From: Minisyncoccota bacterium
Lineage (GTDB): Bacteria > Patescibacteriota > Minisyncoccia > Phycocordibacterales > UBA9973
NCBI GenBank assembly: GCA_041664465.1
Contig: JBAYKP010000001.1
Span: 68,204-132,203, forward strand
Reading direction: 5' to 3'
DNA: 64,000 nucleotides
The notes beneath the pieces were generated by a model. That model saw nothing but the letters and a program-made list of their open reading frames with translations, searched no databases and had not been told where the DNA came from. A program made the translations under genes and the position numbers. Below are positions 9,019 to 18,331 of this stretch, in pieces (the first letter of the stretch is position 1; every line of letters starts with the position of its first letter).

Positions 9019-10878
9019 TTACTTTTTGCCGGCTGCTGTCTTGGCCTTAGACCTATCTTGCTCTGTTAGAAGTTTCTTACGTAAACGTACATTTTTAGGA
9101 GTAATTTCTAGAAATTCATCATCAGCCATTATTTCTAATGCTCTTTCGATAGAAAGCCTATATGGAGGTTTGACGTTCACTGCTTCATCCGTTCCGCTTG
9201 AGCGCATATTGGAAAGTTGTTTACCTTTTGTCGGATTCACACTCATTTCATCGCCTTTTGTAACATTACCGATGACCATACCCTCATAGACTTCATCTCC
9301 GTGTTCTACATAAAGTATTCCTCTTTCTTGTAAAGTCCAAAGTGAAAATGCCGCAACTTTACCTGCTACCATTGAGGTCATTGATCCTACATCTCGCTTT
9401 TTTATTTCTCCTGCATAATCTTTAAAGCCGATAAATCTTGAAGCAATAAGTCCTTCACCTTTCGTATCTACGACGAACTGCCCTCTATACCCTAAGAGTC
9501 CACGTGTAGGAATTTCCATAAGCATTCTTACTATTCCTTCTTTCTCATGCATACTTGTGATAAGCCCACGACGAGCTGTAAGCTTCTCTATAACTGCTCC
9601 TGAGACATCACTTCGCACATCTACAGTCACCTCTTCATAAGGTTCAACTTTTCTACCATTTTCTTCTTTTATAATTACGTGAGGTTGAGAAACTTGGAGT
9701 TCATATCCTTCACGACGCATATTCTCAAGTAAGATTGCAATGTGAAGTTCACCTCGTCCGTAAACTAGGTAACCTTCTTGTTGTTCTTCTTGATCTGTTC
9801 CATCAAAATTAATTTTAAGTCCAACATTTATTTCAAGTTCTTTCTCAAGACGCTCTCTAATCTGACGACTTGTGACATACTTACCTTCACGTCCACAGAA
9901 TGGTGAATCATTCACTAAAAAGTTTAGAGAAATAGTAGGCTCATCAATAGCAATAGAAGGCAAGATTTCAGTCCCTGGATTATCACAAAGAGTCTCTCCT
10001 ATATATACGTCTGGAATTCCAGCAATAATAGCAATATCTCCAGATGAGATAGACTCAACTTCTTTTCTTTTAATCCCATCGAAAGTAAACATTTTTGAAA
10101 TACGGGCATTGCGTAATGTGCCATCTGTATTCTTCACTATAATAGTAGAGCCTGTCTTCATAGAACCAGTATAGATGCGAACAATAGCAAGACGCCCCAT
10201 GAAGTTGTCATAACCAAGGTTGAAAACTTGTGCTTGGAATGGAGCAGTATCATCAGTCGAAGCTTCCTTCACATCTGAGAGGATTAGATCAAGCAATGGA
10301 GTTAAGTCTTTGGAATCATCTCCTAGTTTTAAGAATGCTTTACCCTCTCTACCAATAGCATAAATAGTTTTGAAATCTATTTGCTCCTCTGTTGCTCCAA
10401 GCTCTAAGAATAATTCAAGAACTTCTTCGTGAACACGGTCAGGATTAGCAGCTTGTTTATCTATTTTATTTATGACAACGATTGGTTTTAATCCAAGCTC
10501 TAAAGACTTCTTAAGAACGAATCTAGTCTGAGGCATTGGACCTTCTTGTGCATCTACAAGGAGGAGCACGGAGTCAATAGCACGAAGAACGCGCTCAACT
10601 TCCGAGCCGAAATCCGCGTGACCTGGAGTATCTACGATGTTTATCTTTGTACCTTTATAATTTACCGAAGTATTCTTAGAATAAATAGTAATACCACGCT
10701 CAAGTTCAAGGGCATTTGAGTCCATAGTGACGCCTTCTTCTACCATCCCGCATTGCTTCATAAGTTGGTCTGTCAAAGTTGTTTTCCCATGATCCACGTG
10801 GGCGATTATAGCTATATTGCGGATTTCTGTTGTTTTCATAAAATAAAATCGCCAAAAGGCGTTTAGATATATTAGCAA
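9019..10878 (-). CDS. typA: translational GTPase TypA/BipA
   Basis: IRNIAIIAHVDHGKTTLTDQL (G1), DTPGHADF (G3), NKIDK (G4) and an EF-G-like domain architecture. Likely start is MKTTEIRN at 10839. Confidence 0.9.
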   Translation of the reverse strand: MLIYLNAFWRFYFMKTTEIRNIAIIAHVDHGKTTLTDQLMKQCGMVEEGVTMDSNALELERGITIYSKNTSVNYKGTKINIVDTPGHADFGSEVERVLRAIDSVLLLVDAQEGPMPQTRFVLKKSLELGLKPIVVINKIDKQAANPDRVHEEVLELFLELGATEEQIDFKTIYAIGREGKAFLKLGDDSKDLTPLLDLILSDVKEASTDDTAPFQAQVFNLGYDNFMGRLAIVRIYTGSMKTGSTIIVKNTDGTLRNARISKMFTFDGIKRKEVESISSGDIAIIAGIPDVYIGETLCDNPGTEILPSIAIDEPTISLNFLVNDSPFCGREGKYVTSRQIRERLEKELEINVGLKINFDGTDQEEQQEGYLVYGRGELHIAILLENMRREGYELQVSQPHVIIKEENGRKVEPYEEVTVDVRSDVSGAVIEKLTARRGLITSMHEKEGIVRMLMEIPTRGLLGYRGQFVVDTKGEGLIASRFIGFKDYAGEIKKRDVGSMTSMVAGKVAAFSLWTLQERGILYVEHGDEVYEGMVIGNVTKGDEMSVNPTKGKQLSNMRSSGTDEAVNVKPPYRLSIERALEIMADDEFLEITPKNVRLRKKLLTEQDRSKAKTAAGKK

Positions 10879-10920
10879 TATATCATATATTTTCTAAAAT
10901 GTAAACAAAAAGTAAATTTA

Positions 10921-12066
10921 CTATAATAACTTCACTATATCGTGATAAGTTATGAATACCATTAAGATCATAAGTAATCCAAATCCTACCATATTTACCC
11001 AATTGGCTATTTGAGGTTTTATTCTTGAACCTTTAATTTTCTCAATCAATAAGAATAAGAGTCGCCCTCCATCAAGTGCTGGAAATGGCAATAAATTTAT
11101 AACGGCTAAGTTTACAGATATAAGTGCGGTAAATGAAAGCAAATAAATGAATCCAAATTTCGCTGCGTCACCGACTGCTCCCACTATTCCTATCGGACCT
11201 GTCACAGCCGACATATCGCCCTTACCTATAACTGCATTACTAATTAATTTATAGAATCCGACAGCCGTACCAACAGTCAAATCAGAAGTGAGCTTCAATC
11301 CTTCCCAAACTGCTTTATGGATTGGAAGTTTAAGAGTACCTATCGTATCCATAGAAATACCAATCATCACACTGTCGCCTGTCTTATTTATTTTTGGCGT
11401 AACTTTAATATCTATGGGTTCTTTGCCACGTACGAGCGAGACATTTATTTCTTGCCCATTATGATTTTTCACAAAAGTCTGGACACTTTCTGCTCCGAAA
11501 TTTGATGATGAAAGTTTCGTAGAATCTGTAGGTGTATCTAGTGAGAGTATCTTATCTCCTATTTTAATTCCACTAATTTCGGCCGGGGAATTAGCCAAGA
11601 CACTTGTAACAGTCAAAGCTTGATTCTCTACAAGAGCTCCTTTTGGTGCCATACCAACAGATGAAGGAAGTCCTGACATAAATCCGACAGAAAGCAAAAG
11701 CCACGCAACTAGGAAATTCATAACTACTCCGGCTACCAAAACAAGTGCTTGAATATATTTTGGCTTATAAGCCAAACTTCTACTTTCTGCCTCTACTTTT
11801 TCTGGTGTTTTATCTTTATCTAAAAATCCAACTTCTAGAAAGTCAGCTTCGTCGAGATTCTCTCCATAAATTTTCACATAGCCACCAAACGGCAAAGCAT
11901 TTAGATTGTAAGTCGTCTCACCTATTTTCTTCCCCCAAATTTTAGGTGGAAATCCAAAAGAGAATTCATCCACTCGTATCCCCGACTTCTTGGCAACAAT
12001 AAAGTGCCCAAATTCATGCGACACCACAAGAACTAATAAAATAACAATAAAAATTATAATTGACAT
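10921..12066 (-). CDS. rseP: site-2 protease RseP (M50 zinc metalloprotease with PDZ domain)
   Basis: HEFGHFIVAK (HExxH) in the first TM segment, a central PDZ-like segment, and the C-terminal LDGG motif (LLPFPALDGGRLLF). Confidence 0.85.
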   Translation of the reverse strand: MSIIIFIVILLVLVVSHEFGHFIVAKKSGIRVDEFSFGFPPKIWGKKIGETTYNLNALPFGGYVKIYGENLDEADFLEVGFLDKDKTPEKVEAESRSLAYKPKYIQALVLVAGVVMNFLVAWLLLSVGFMSGLPSSVGMAPKGALVENQALTVTSVLANSPAEISGIKIGDKILSLDTPTDSTKLSSSNFGAESVQTFVKNHNGQEINVSLVRGKEPIDIKVTPKINKTGDSVMIGISMDTIGTLKLPIHKAVWEGLKLTSDLTVGTAVGFYKLISNAVIGKGDMSAVTGPIGIVGAVGDAAKFGFIYLLSFTALISVNLAVINLLPFPALDGGRLLFLLIEKIKGSRIKPQIANWVNMVGFGLLMILMVFITYHDIVKLL

Positions 12067-12104
12067 GAGAGTATCATACCATATTTTAATATTTAGATAA
12101 AATT

Positions 12105-12132
12105 AAAACTCCCGAAACATATCGGGAGTTTT
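12105..12132. terminator. rho-independent terminator downstream of frr
   Basis: aaaactcccga-aacatat-cgggagtttt. Confidence 0.55.
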
Positions 12133-12136
12133 AATT

Positions 12137-12673
12137 TTAGTTATTCATCAGGTCGGTTTCTTTTTTGGCGAAAATTGCTTCAAGGTTTTGGTTCGCTTCA
12201 TCTACGCACTTCTGTATATCATCTTTGGCTCTCTTGGCTTCGTCTTCTGGTAATTCGTTGGTTGTGTCTATTTCAGTTTGTCTTTCTTTTCTGACACTTA
12301 TGCGGGCATCTTCTAACTTCTCTTTCAAAATTTTCACAAGCTTTGATCGATTCTCTGTTGTAAGCATTGGGAAGATAGCGCGCACACCATCACTATCTGA
12401 CACGACTGAAAGTCCAAGGTTCGCAGCTTGGATAGCACTTTCTATTCCCTTAATCTGACTTTTGTCCCAAGGGGCTATTCTAAGAGTCTTTGAATCCTCT
12501 ATAGAGACACTTGCGACATTCTTAATCGGCATGTATGTGCCATAACTCTCGACATTTATAGAGTCCAGTATCATAGGAGTTGCTCTACCTGTATGAACAG
12601 ACCCATACTCTTTCCCTAGCCACTCTTCTACTGTTTTTAATTGTGTTTTAAAACTTGTTGTATTGTATGCCAT
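12137..12673 (-). CDS. frr: ribosome recycling factor
   Basis: 178 aa. ...LDSINVESYGTYMPIKNVASVSIEDSKTLRIAPWDKSQIKGIESAI... matches the RRF family over its full length. Confidence 0.9.
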   Translation of the reverse strand: MAYNTTSFKTQLKTVEEWLGKEYGSVHTGRATPMILDSINVESYGTYMPIKNVASVSIEDSKTLRIAPWDKSQIKGIESAIQAANLGLSVVSDSDGVRAIFPMLTTENRSKLVKILKEKLEDARISVRKERQTEIDTTNELPEDEAKRAKDDIQKCVDEANQNLEAIFAKKETDLMNN

Positions 12674-12677
12674 AATT

Positions 12678-12722
12678 TATTTTAATTCTTAATTCTTAAT
12701 TCTTAATTCTTAATTCTTAATT
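12678..12722. repeat. tandem heptamer TTAATTC x6 immediately upstream of the frr start codon
   Basis: ttaattcttaattcttaattcttaattcttaattcttaatta. The same array is found at 3580-3622. Confidence 0.6.
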
Positions 12723-12729
12723 ACTTTAA

Positions 12730-13431
12730 TTATATCACAAGAGCTATATGCTCCAAAATCATTTTGACCGATGCGCCGGGGATGCTTAGAAAACCTCGGC
12801 AATTTTTAAGTTCTTCTAGAATAAATTTCAAATCTTCATTATTCAGATCTTTCTTCCACTTTTCATACACTCTCCTCTCGATACCATTCACGAGCGAGAT
12901 AGCATAATACCGAAGCCCTCCACTATTCTCATTATCTTTAAATTCTTTTATTATTTCTGCCACTTTTTCGATTCTTTCTTTTGGATTCATTTTCACAAAC
13001 TCCCCACCTATTTTATTCTCAAAATTATTATCTCTTTTTAAATTCTTTATCAGATGCACTCGTGAAAGTATCGTCTCGGCAAGTAATGATGCATCAGGCA
13101 CAACAATGAAGAAGTGCGTATCGTCCATAGGCTCTTCTATTATTTTAAGCAGACTTTGCTCAGCTTCACGATTGATAAATTTGGCTCCAATAATGCAAAC
13201 TTTCTTCTTGCCATCTACCCCTTTATTCTTGTGCCAATCCTTAATATTGTGTCCATCTTCTATATTAAATGCATCATAGAGATTAAGCAATACATCTGGG
13301 CTTCTTTTATTTATATCACCTCGTTCTTCTAAATATATACGCAAAAGATAGACAATCTCTTCTGGATTACCCTCTACAACATAACTATGATACAAATTCT
13401 GTGGGAATAATTGACTAAAATCCATATACAC
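12730..13431 (-). CDS. holB: DNA polymerase III delta-prime subunit-like clamp-loader protein
   Basis: AEQSLLKIIEEP (box VII, AxNALLKxLEEP) and SRVHLI (SRC motif). It is short, like CPR HolB. Confidence 0.65.
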   Translation of the reverse strand: MYMDFSQLFPQNLYHSYVVEGNPEEIVYLLRIYLEERGDINKRSPDVLLNLYDAFNIEDGHNIKDWHKNKGVDGKKKVCIIGAKFINREAEQSLLKIIEEPMDDTHFFIVVPDASLLAETILSRVHLIKNLKRDNNFENKIGGEFVKMNPKERIEKVAEIIKEFKDNENSGGLRYYAISLVNGIERRVYEKWKKDLNNEDLKFILEELKNCRGFLSIPGASVKMILEHIALVI

Positions 13432-14552
13432 TATTGTACCTCAAATGGGAAATATTCGGAAAGCTCGCCTGAATAATAGAATTCATAAGAAAGACCTCCG
13501 AAAGTATAATCTCTATCACTAATAGTAATAGTGGAGCCTCCAACTTCTGGATTCTCTTTTGGTATTGATTTATTGAACCCTAAATTGAATAAAGTAGCGA
13601 GAACTTCTGGACGATCGTTGATAAGGAAGCCTGCCGTCTCCCACTGATGCATTATTTCCTTTAAAAATACAGCCGTATACATATAAGAATAATAATGATT
13701 CTTATCATCTGCTAATCTATTCATCAATTCTGTATCAGGATTGGCATCTCCATAATTAAAAATATTTTCATAATTAGCCCCTAGATAAAATGGACTTTGG
13801 CTATCTTTCAAATTACTTTCAATAATTTTAGCCGTTTCAAATTTAACACCTGCTACTCCATAAGAAAATTTCGTACCATTACCGAGAACTTTCAATGGTT
13901 CAAAATATTTCTTGAATGATTCACGATTGGCCGTAAAGAATCTAAATTGCTCCGAGATAACAGTCGAGACTATGATTCTAGAAGGTACACCCGAGTCCTT
14001 ACTTGCTTGCAGTATCACATCTTTATCTTTCACCAAAGCATCTCTTAAGGTCATCCACTCAGGAGAAGACATCCAAGAGAAAATACTCTGAGCCGAAGGA
14101 TTGTCCCCTAAAGAAAATATATTCTGTCCAATGCTATCACAACTAGCCACTTTATCTTTTAAGAATGAATTATTATTCTCGGTGACAAGTAGAATTGCAT
14201 TTATCATTTTCTCGGCTACGATTTGCGACTTGGTTGTGATGTATGCATCTAGTATCCTCTCGCCATTCTCTGGCAAGATAGAAGTAATCGTCATAACTTT
14301 GCATTCTACTCTAGGGTCTAATTTGTTGAAATTGGTGGCTGTCGTAGTTTTTTTAAAAATTGGCAAAATCGCCTCCTTTTTACTGGCATTATTGAAAAAG
14401 GCATTACGAGAATCAATACTACCTTTCACATCTGTCAGGTGAAGTCGCATAGCTACAAAAACACCAGAAAAAACTATTCCCAAAAGAGCAAAGCCACACA
14501 CAATAACAATTAATATTATTTTTAATGTCTTTTTATTTTTTATAAATTTCAT
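13431..14552 (-). CDS. hypothetical membrane-anchored extracytoplasmic protein
   Basis: An N-terminal TM segment (ILIVIVCGFALLGIVFSGVFVA), then a ~340-aa domain with no recognised motifs. It lies between holB and mreB. Confidence 0.4.
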   Translation of the reverse strand: MKFIKNKKTLKIILIVIVCGFALLGIVFSGVFVAMRLHLTDVKGSIDSRNAFFNNASKKEAILPIFKKTTTATNFNKLDPRVECKVMTITSILPENGERILDAYITTKSQIVAEKMINAILLVTENNNSFLKDKVASCDSIGQNIFSLGDNPSAQSIFSWMSSPEWMTLRDALVKDKDVILQASKDSGVPSRIIVSTVISEQFRFFTANRESFKKYFEPLKVLGNGTKFSYGVAGVKFETAKIIESNLKDSQSPFYLGANYENIFNYGDANPDTELMNRLADDKNHYYSYMYTAVFLKEIMHQWETAGFLINDRPEVLATLFNLGFNKSIPKENPEVGGSTITISDRDYTFGGLSYEFYYSGELSEYFPFEVQ

Positions 14553-14554
14553 TT

Positions 14555-15604
14555 TTATCTTTTACTTAAAATTGTTTTCTTGTAAGTTTCTAAATGGTTC
14601 AATGCTTCTCCTGTTCCTTTCACAACACAGAGAAGTGGATCCTCAGCTACTCTGGCTTTCACTCCTGTACGTCTATAAACAAGCTCAGATAAATTACGTA
14701 ATTGAGAAGACCCCCCTGTCATAATAATTCCATCATCAATAATATCGGCTGAAAGTTCAGGTGGAGTAAGGGATAGGACTTCCTTGATAGCTCCTATCAT
14801 TGTACGTAATTCTTTATCTATCGCTCGCACTATTTCATTGGTAGATATCTGAGCTGTGCGTGGAAGACCTTGGATAAAGTCTCGCCCTTTGATAGTAATA
14901 GTCAGTTCTTCTTCGAGTGGTATAGCGGCACCTATCTTTATCTTTATGGCTTCAGCAGTTCTATCACCAATAGCTAGGTTGAAAGTCTTCTTTATATAGT
15001 CTGCAATCGCGAGGTCTATCTTATCTCCAGCACATTTGACTGAAGTAGAAGCCACAATACCGCCAAGAGCAATCACTGCGACGTCAGTCGTACCTCCACC
15101 GATATCCATTATCATATGTCCTTTTGATTCGTGTATCGGTATACCTGCTCCGATAGCTGCCAAGATAGGCTCCTTCACAACGTAAGCATTTGAAGCTCCT
15201 GCTTTCACTGCTGCTTCTACTACCGCACGACGCTCTGTAGAAGTAATACCGGCAGGGACCGAGACCATCACATCTGGTTTGAATAAATTATATTTGCCTA
15301 AAGTTTTAGTTATGAAATAACGAAGCATTGCTTCGGTTACTCTATAGTCAGCTATCACGCCATCTTTCATTGGACGATAGACAATGATACTTTCAGGAGT
15401 CTTGCCTATCATTTCTTTGGCCTCAATACCTATAGCCAGAATTGTATTGTCTTGCTCAGAGACAGCGACAACAGAAGGCTCATTCAGGACGACACCCTTC
15501 CCAGGCAAATACACGAGAGTGTTCGCAGTCCCTAAATCAATCCCTAATTTTTTAGAAAATATAGCCATATGTTTATTAGTAATAGCACTATAACATAAAA
15601 ACAC
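14555..15604 (-). CDS. mreB: rod-shape-determining protein MreB
   Basis: LGIDLGTANTLVY (phosphate 1), DIGGGTTDVAV (phosphate 2) and TGGSSQLRNL (adenosine motif). Likely start is MAIFSKKLGIDLG at 15568. Confidence 0.9.
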   Translation of the reverse strand: MFLCYSAITNKHMAIFSKKLGIDLGTANTLVYLPGKGVVLNEPSVVAVSEQDNTILAIGIEAKEMIGKTPESIIVYRPMKDGVIADYRVTEAMLRYFITKTLGKYNLFKPDVMVSVPAGITSTERRAVVEAAVKAGASNAYVVKEPILAAIGAGIPIHESKGHMIMDIGGGTTDVAVIALGGIVASTSVKCAGDKIDLAIADYIKKTFNLAIGDRTAEAIKIKIGAAIPLEEELTITIKGRDFIQGLPRTAQISTNEIVRAIDKELRTMIGAIKEVLSLTPPELSADIIDDGIIMTGGSSQLRNLSELVYRRTGVKARVAEDPLLCVVKGTGEALNHLETYKKTILSKR

Positions 15605-15642
15605 AATGTTTAAAATATATGAATTTATGCTAACATATTAGT

Positions 15643-17640
15643 ATGTATATAGTCACAGTCATTCCAATACAAAAAGGATTCCAAAAGGAAAACCTCTCTT
15701 ACTTTTCGCCACAAGATATTCCGCTTGGAAGTATCGTCTCTATCCCTATCAAATCTAAAACCGTAGATGCAATTGTAATAAACGTAGAAGACGCTCGTAA
15801 TTTAAAATTTGACTTAAAAAAGGCTGATTTTCAATTAAAAAAGATAATCGGGGTGAAAGGTCATTCCCCTTTCTCGTCTGCCTTTTTTAGTGCTTGTGAA
15901 AAAATGAAAGATTATACAGTGAGCAATACTGGTACTATTATTAAAGCGCTTCTTCCTAGTGCTTTTTTAGAAAATTTAACCGCCTTATCGGCGGTCCGCC
16001 GAAAAGGCGGAAAGGAAGACTCCATAGAAATAAGTCCAGAAGAAAATATTAATGAAAAAATAGAACTAAAAAATATCAAACAAGAAAAATTAATATTCCA
16101 AGCTCTGACACCTGATCGTATGAGCTGGTATAGGACACTCATAAGAGAAGCCTTTGCTAAGAAAGAATCCGTCTTCATCTGCGTCCCGACTCATTATGAT
16201 ACAGAACAATTCAAGAACGAGCTCACGAAAGGTATTAGCCAATACGTCTTCTCTTTCCATGGAGATTTAAATAAGAAAACTCTCATTAGTAGCTACAACT
16301 CTTGCATCAATGAACCTCATCCGATACTTATCATCGGAACTGGAATGTTCTTGTCAATCCCGAGAGACGATATTAAAACTATCATCATAGAACATGAGAA
16401 TTCCGACGCTTACAAACAATATGCTAGACCTTTCATTGATATCAGAACTTTTGCTGAAATACTTTCTTCTATAAATAAAGTTAAACTAATTTTCGGTGAT
16501 ACGCTTCTCCGCCCAGATACACTTTATAGGCACGATGAAGGCGAGCTTGGCGAAGTCGCCTCTCCCTTATTTCGTTTACCACAAGCTGAAAGGCAAATGG
16601 TCGTAGATATGAAGGAAGAAATAGATGAAAAAGGTTCAAAGACTTTCACTGTCTTATCAGAGACAACAAAAAAGATGATCTCTTACGCAATAGAACACAA
16701 TGAATCTGTATTATTGTTTACTATACGTAAAGGACTTGCTGGGGTGACAGTCTGCCACGATTGTGGGAATACACTTCTCTGCCCTAATTGCTCTACCCCC
16801 GTAGTCTTGTATGGATCCAAGCAACGTAATGCTACGAAGATAGTAAATTCGCGTATATTTATGTGCAACAAATGCGGACACAAAGAAAATACCGAAGTAA
16901 GATGTGCTATTTGTTCTAGTTGGAATCTTACCCCGCTTGGTATTGGTACTGACAGAGTATATGAAGAGGTTTCGAAACTTTATCCAAATACAAAAATAAT
17001 CCAGATGGATAAAGAGACAATTGGTACAGATAAAGAAGCTAAAGAAGCAATAACCTTATTCTATAAAAATCCTGGAAGCATTCTCATAGGAACTGAGATG
17101 GTTTTCTCTTATTTAAATACGGGGGTTATACATAGTGCTATCATTTCGCTCGATGGACTTCTCTCTATTCCAAGTTTCAATATTACACAAAAGATTCTAC
17201 ACATAATGGAAAAGCTCCATGAGATAACGAAACGTAATCTCGTAATCCAGACTCGTATCCCAGAGAATGGAATCTTGGAGCATATTCTAAATGGCAATGT
17301 CCTACCCCTCTATCGCGAAGATTTGAAAGAAAGGAAACAGTTTGGCTATCCACCATTTAAACGACTTATAAAAATAACTTTCGCAGGATCTGCCACAGAT
17401 ACAGAGAAAGCCCGCTCTTTCATAGATAGATATCTAGGAGGATATGAGCCACAGATATTCAGTGCCTTTATAGGGAAAGTGAAAGGTGAATACATTACCA
17501 ATACAATCATCAAGATAGATCCTACTCTCTGGCCATTACCGATAGATGACAAGAATACTTTAAGCACACACCTCTCGGAGAATCTCCATCATCTCTCCCC
17601 ATCATTCTCTATAAACGTAGACCCCGAAGATTTGCTATAA
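15643..17640 (+). CDS. priA: primosomal protein N' (PriA) homologue with degenerate helicase ATPase motifs
   Basis: PriA architecture is present: an N-terminal 3'-DNA-binding-like domain, and the Cys-rich zinc region CHDCGNTLLCPNCSTPVVLY...MCNKCGHKEN...CAICSS. Walker A (GxxGSGKT) is replaced by ALTPDRMSWY, and DEEH is replaced by IIEHENSDAYKQ. Confidence 0.75.
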   Translation: MYIVTVIPIQKGFQKENLSYFSPQDIPLGSIVSIPIKSKTVDAIVINVEDARNLKFDLKKADFQLKKIIGVKGHSPFSSAFFSACEKMKDYTVSNTGTIIKALLPSAFLENLTALSAVRRKGGKEDSIEISPEENINEKIELKNIKQEKLIFQALTPDRMSWYRTLIREAFAKKESVFICVPTHYDTEQFKNELTKGISQYVFSFHGDLNKKTLISSYNSCINEPHPILIIGTGMFLSIPRDDIKTIIIEHENSDAYKQYARPFIDIRTFAEILSSINKVKLIFGDTLLRPDTLYRHDEGELGEVASPLFRLPQAERQMVVDMKEEIDEKGSKTFTVLSETTKKMISYAIEHNESVLLFTIRKGLAGVTVCHDCGNTLLCPNCSTPVVLYGSKQRNATKIVNSRIFMCNKCGHKENTEVRCAICSSWNLTPLGIGTDRVYEEVSKLYPNTKIIQMDKETIGTDKEAKEAITLFYKNPGSILIGTEMVFSYLNTGVIHSAIISLDGLLSIPSFNITQKILHIMEKLHEITKRNLVIQTRIPENGILEHILNGNVLPLYREDLKERKQFGYPPFKRLIKITFAGSATDTEKARSFIDRYLGGYEPQIFSAFIGKVKGEYITNTIIKIDPTLWPLPIDDKNTLSTHLSENLHHLSPSFSINVDPEDLL

Positions 17641-17671
17641 ATAAAAACATATGCTAATATAAACCCCATAT

Positions 17672-17920
17672 ATGATTACAGTAATTGAGGTAAAAAAGAA
17701 TACAAACGAGAACAATATGAATCTAATTCGTAGATTTAGTCGTAAGGTTTTAGAATCTGGAATTATTCAAAAAGTTAAAAGTAAGCGTTACAACGAGAGA
17801 GCTCCCTCAAAAGTCAAAGTAAAGATAGCAACCTTAAAGAAAATCAATCGCCGAAAGACTCTTCTCAAATTACAAAAGCTCGGTAAGGCTCCTATACAGA
17901 CCAAGCGTGGACATCGTTAA
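17672..17920 (+). CDS. rpsU: 30S ribosomal protein S21
   Basis: The small basic protein ...LIRRFSRKVLESGIIQKVKSKRYNERAPSKVKVK... resembles bS21 (ALRRFKRSCEKAGVL..RRREFYEKPT). Confidence 0.7.
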   Translation: MITVIEVKKNTNENNMNLIRRFSRKVLESGIIQKVKSKRYNERAPSKVKVKIATLKKINRRKTLLKLQKLGKAPIQTKRGHR

Positions 17921-17932
17921 TAAATATAAATT

Positions 17933-18325
17933 ATGAGTATGATAGAGAAAGAATTTTCCACTATTGTAAATCTTACAAAAGGCAAGCTACCACGCTTGCC
18001 TTTTGTCTTTATTAAAAATGCTATCCTAGGTAAAAAATATGATCTAGAAGTAGTGTTCTTGACATCCAAAAAACAGAAAGAGATAAATAAAATCTACAGA
18101 AACATAGATAAAACAACCAATATTTTATCTTTCCCTTTGACAAAGACTTCGGGGCAAATAACATTTGATTTATCAAAAGTTAAGAAAGATGCTCCACTTT
18201 TTGATATGATTTACCCCAAATTTCTTAAATATCTGTTTATACACGGGGCTTTGCATTTGAAAGGATACGATCATAGTGCTATAATGGAAAGACAAGAAAA
18301 GAAATTTCTAAAAATGTTTTCTTAG
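17933..18325 (+). CDS. ybeY: endoribonuclease YbeY (rRNA maturation factor)
   Basis: The C-terminal HGALHLKGYDH is the YbeY HxxxHxxGxxH zinc motif. Confidence 0.85.
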   Translation: MSMIEKEFSTIVNLTKGKLPRLPFVFIKNAILGKKYDLEVVFLTSKKQKEINKIYRNIDKTTNILSFPLTKTSGQITFDLSKVKKDAPLFDMIYPKFLKYLFIHGALHLKGYDHSAIMERQEKKFLKMFS

Positions 18326-18331
18326 CTTTTT

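Noticed and set aside
12660-12725. Possible CRISPR-like repeat array (ttaattc repeats)
   Set aside because: The units are 7 nt with no spacers, so it is a simple tandem microsatellite-like array. No CRISPR repeat-spacer structure or cas genes are present anywhere in the window.
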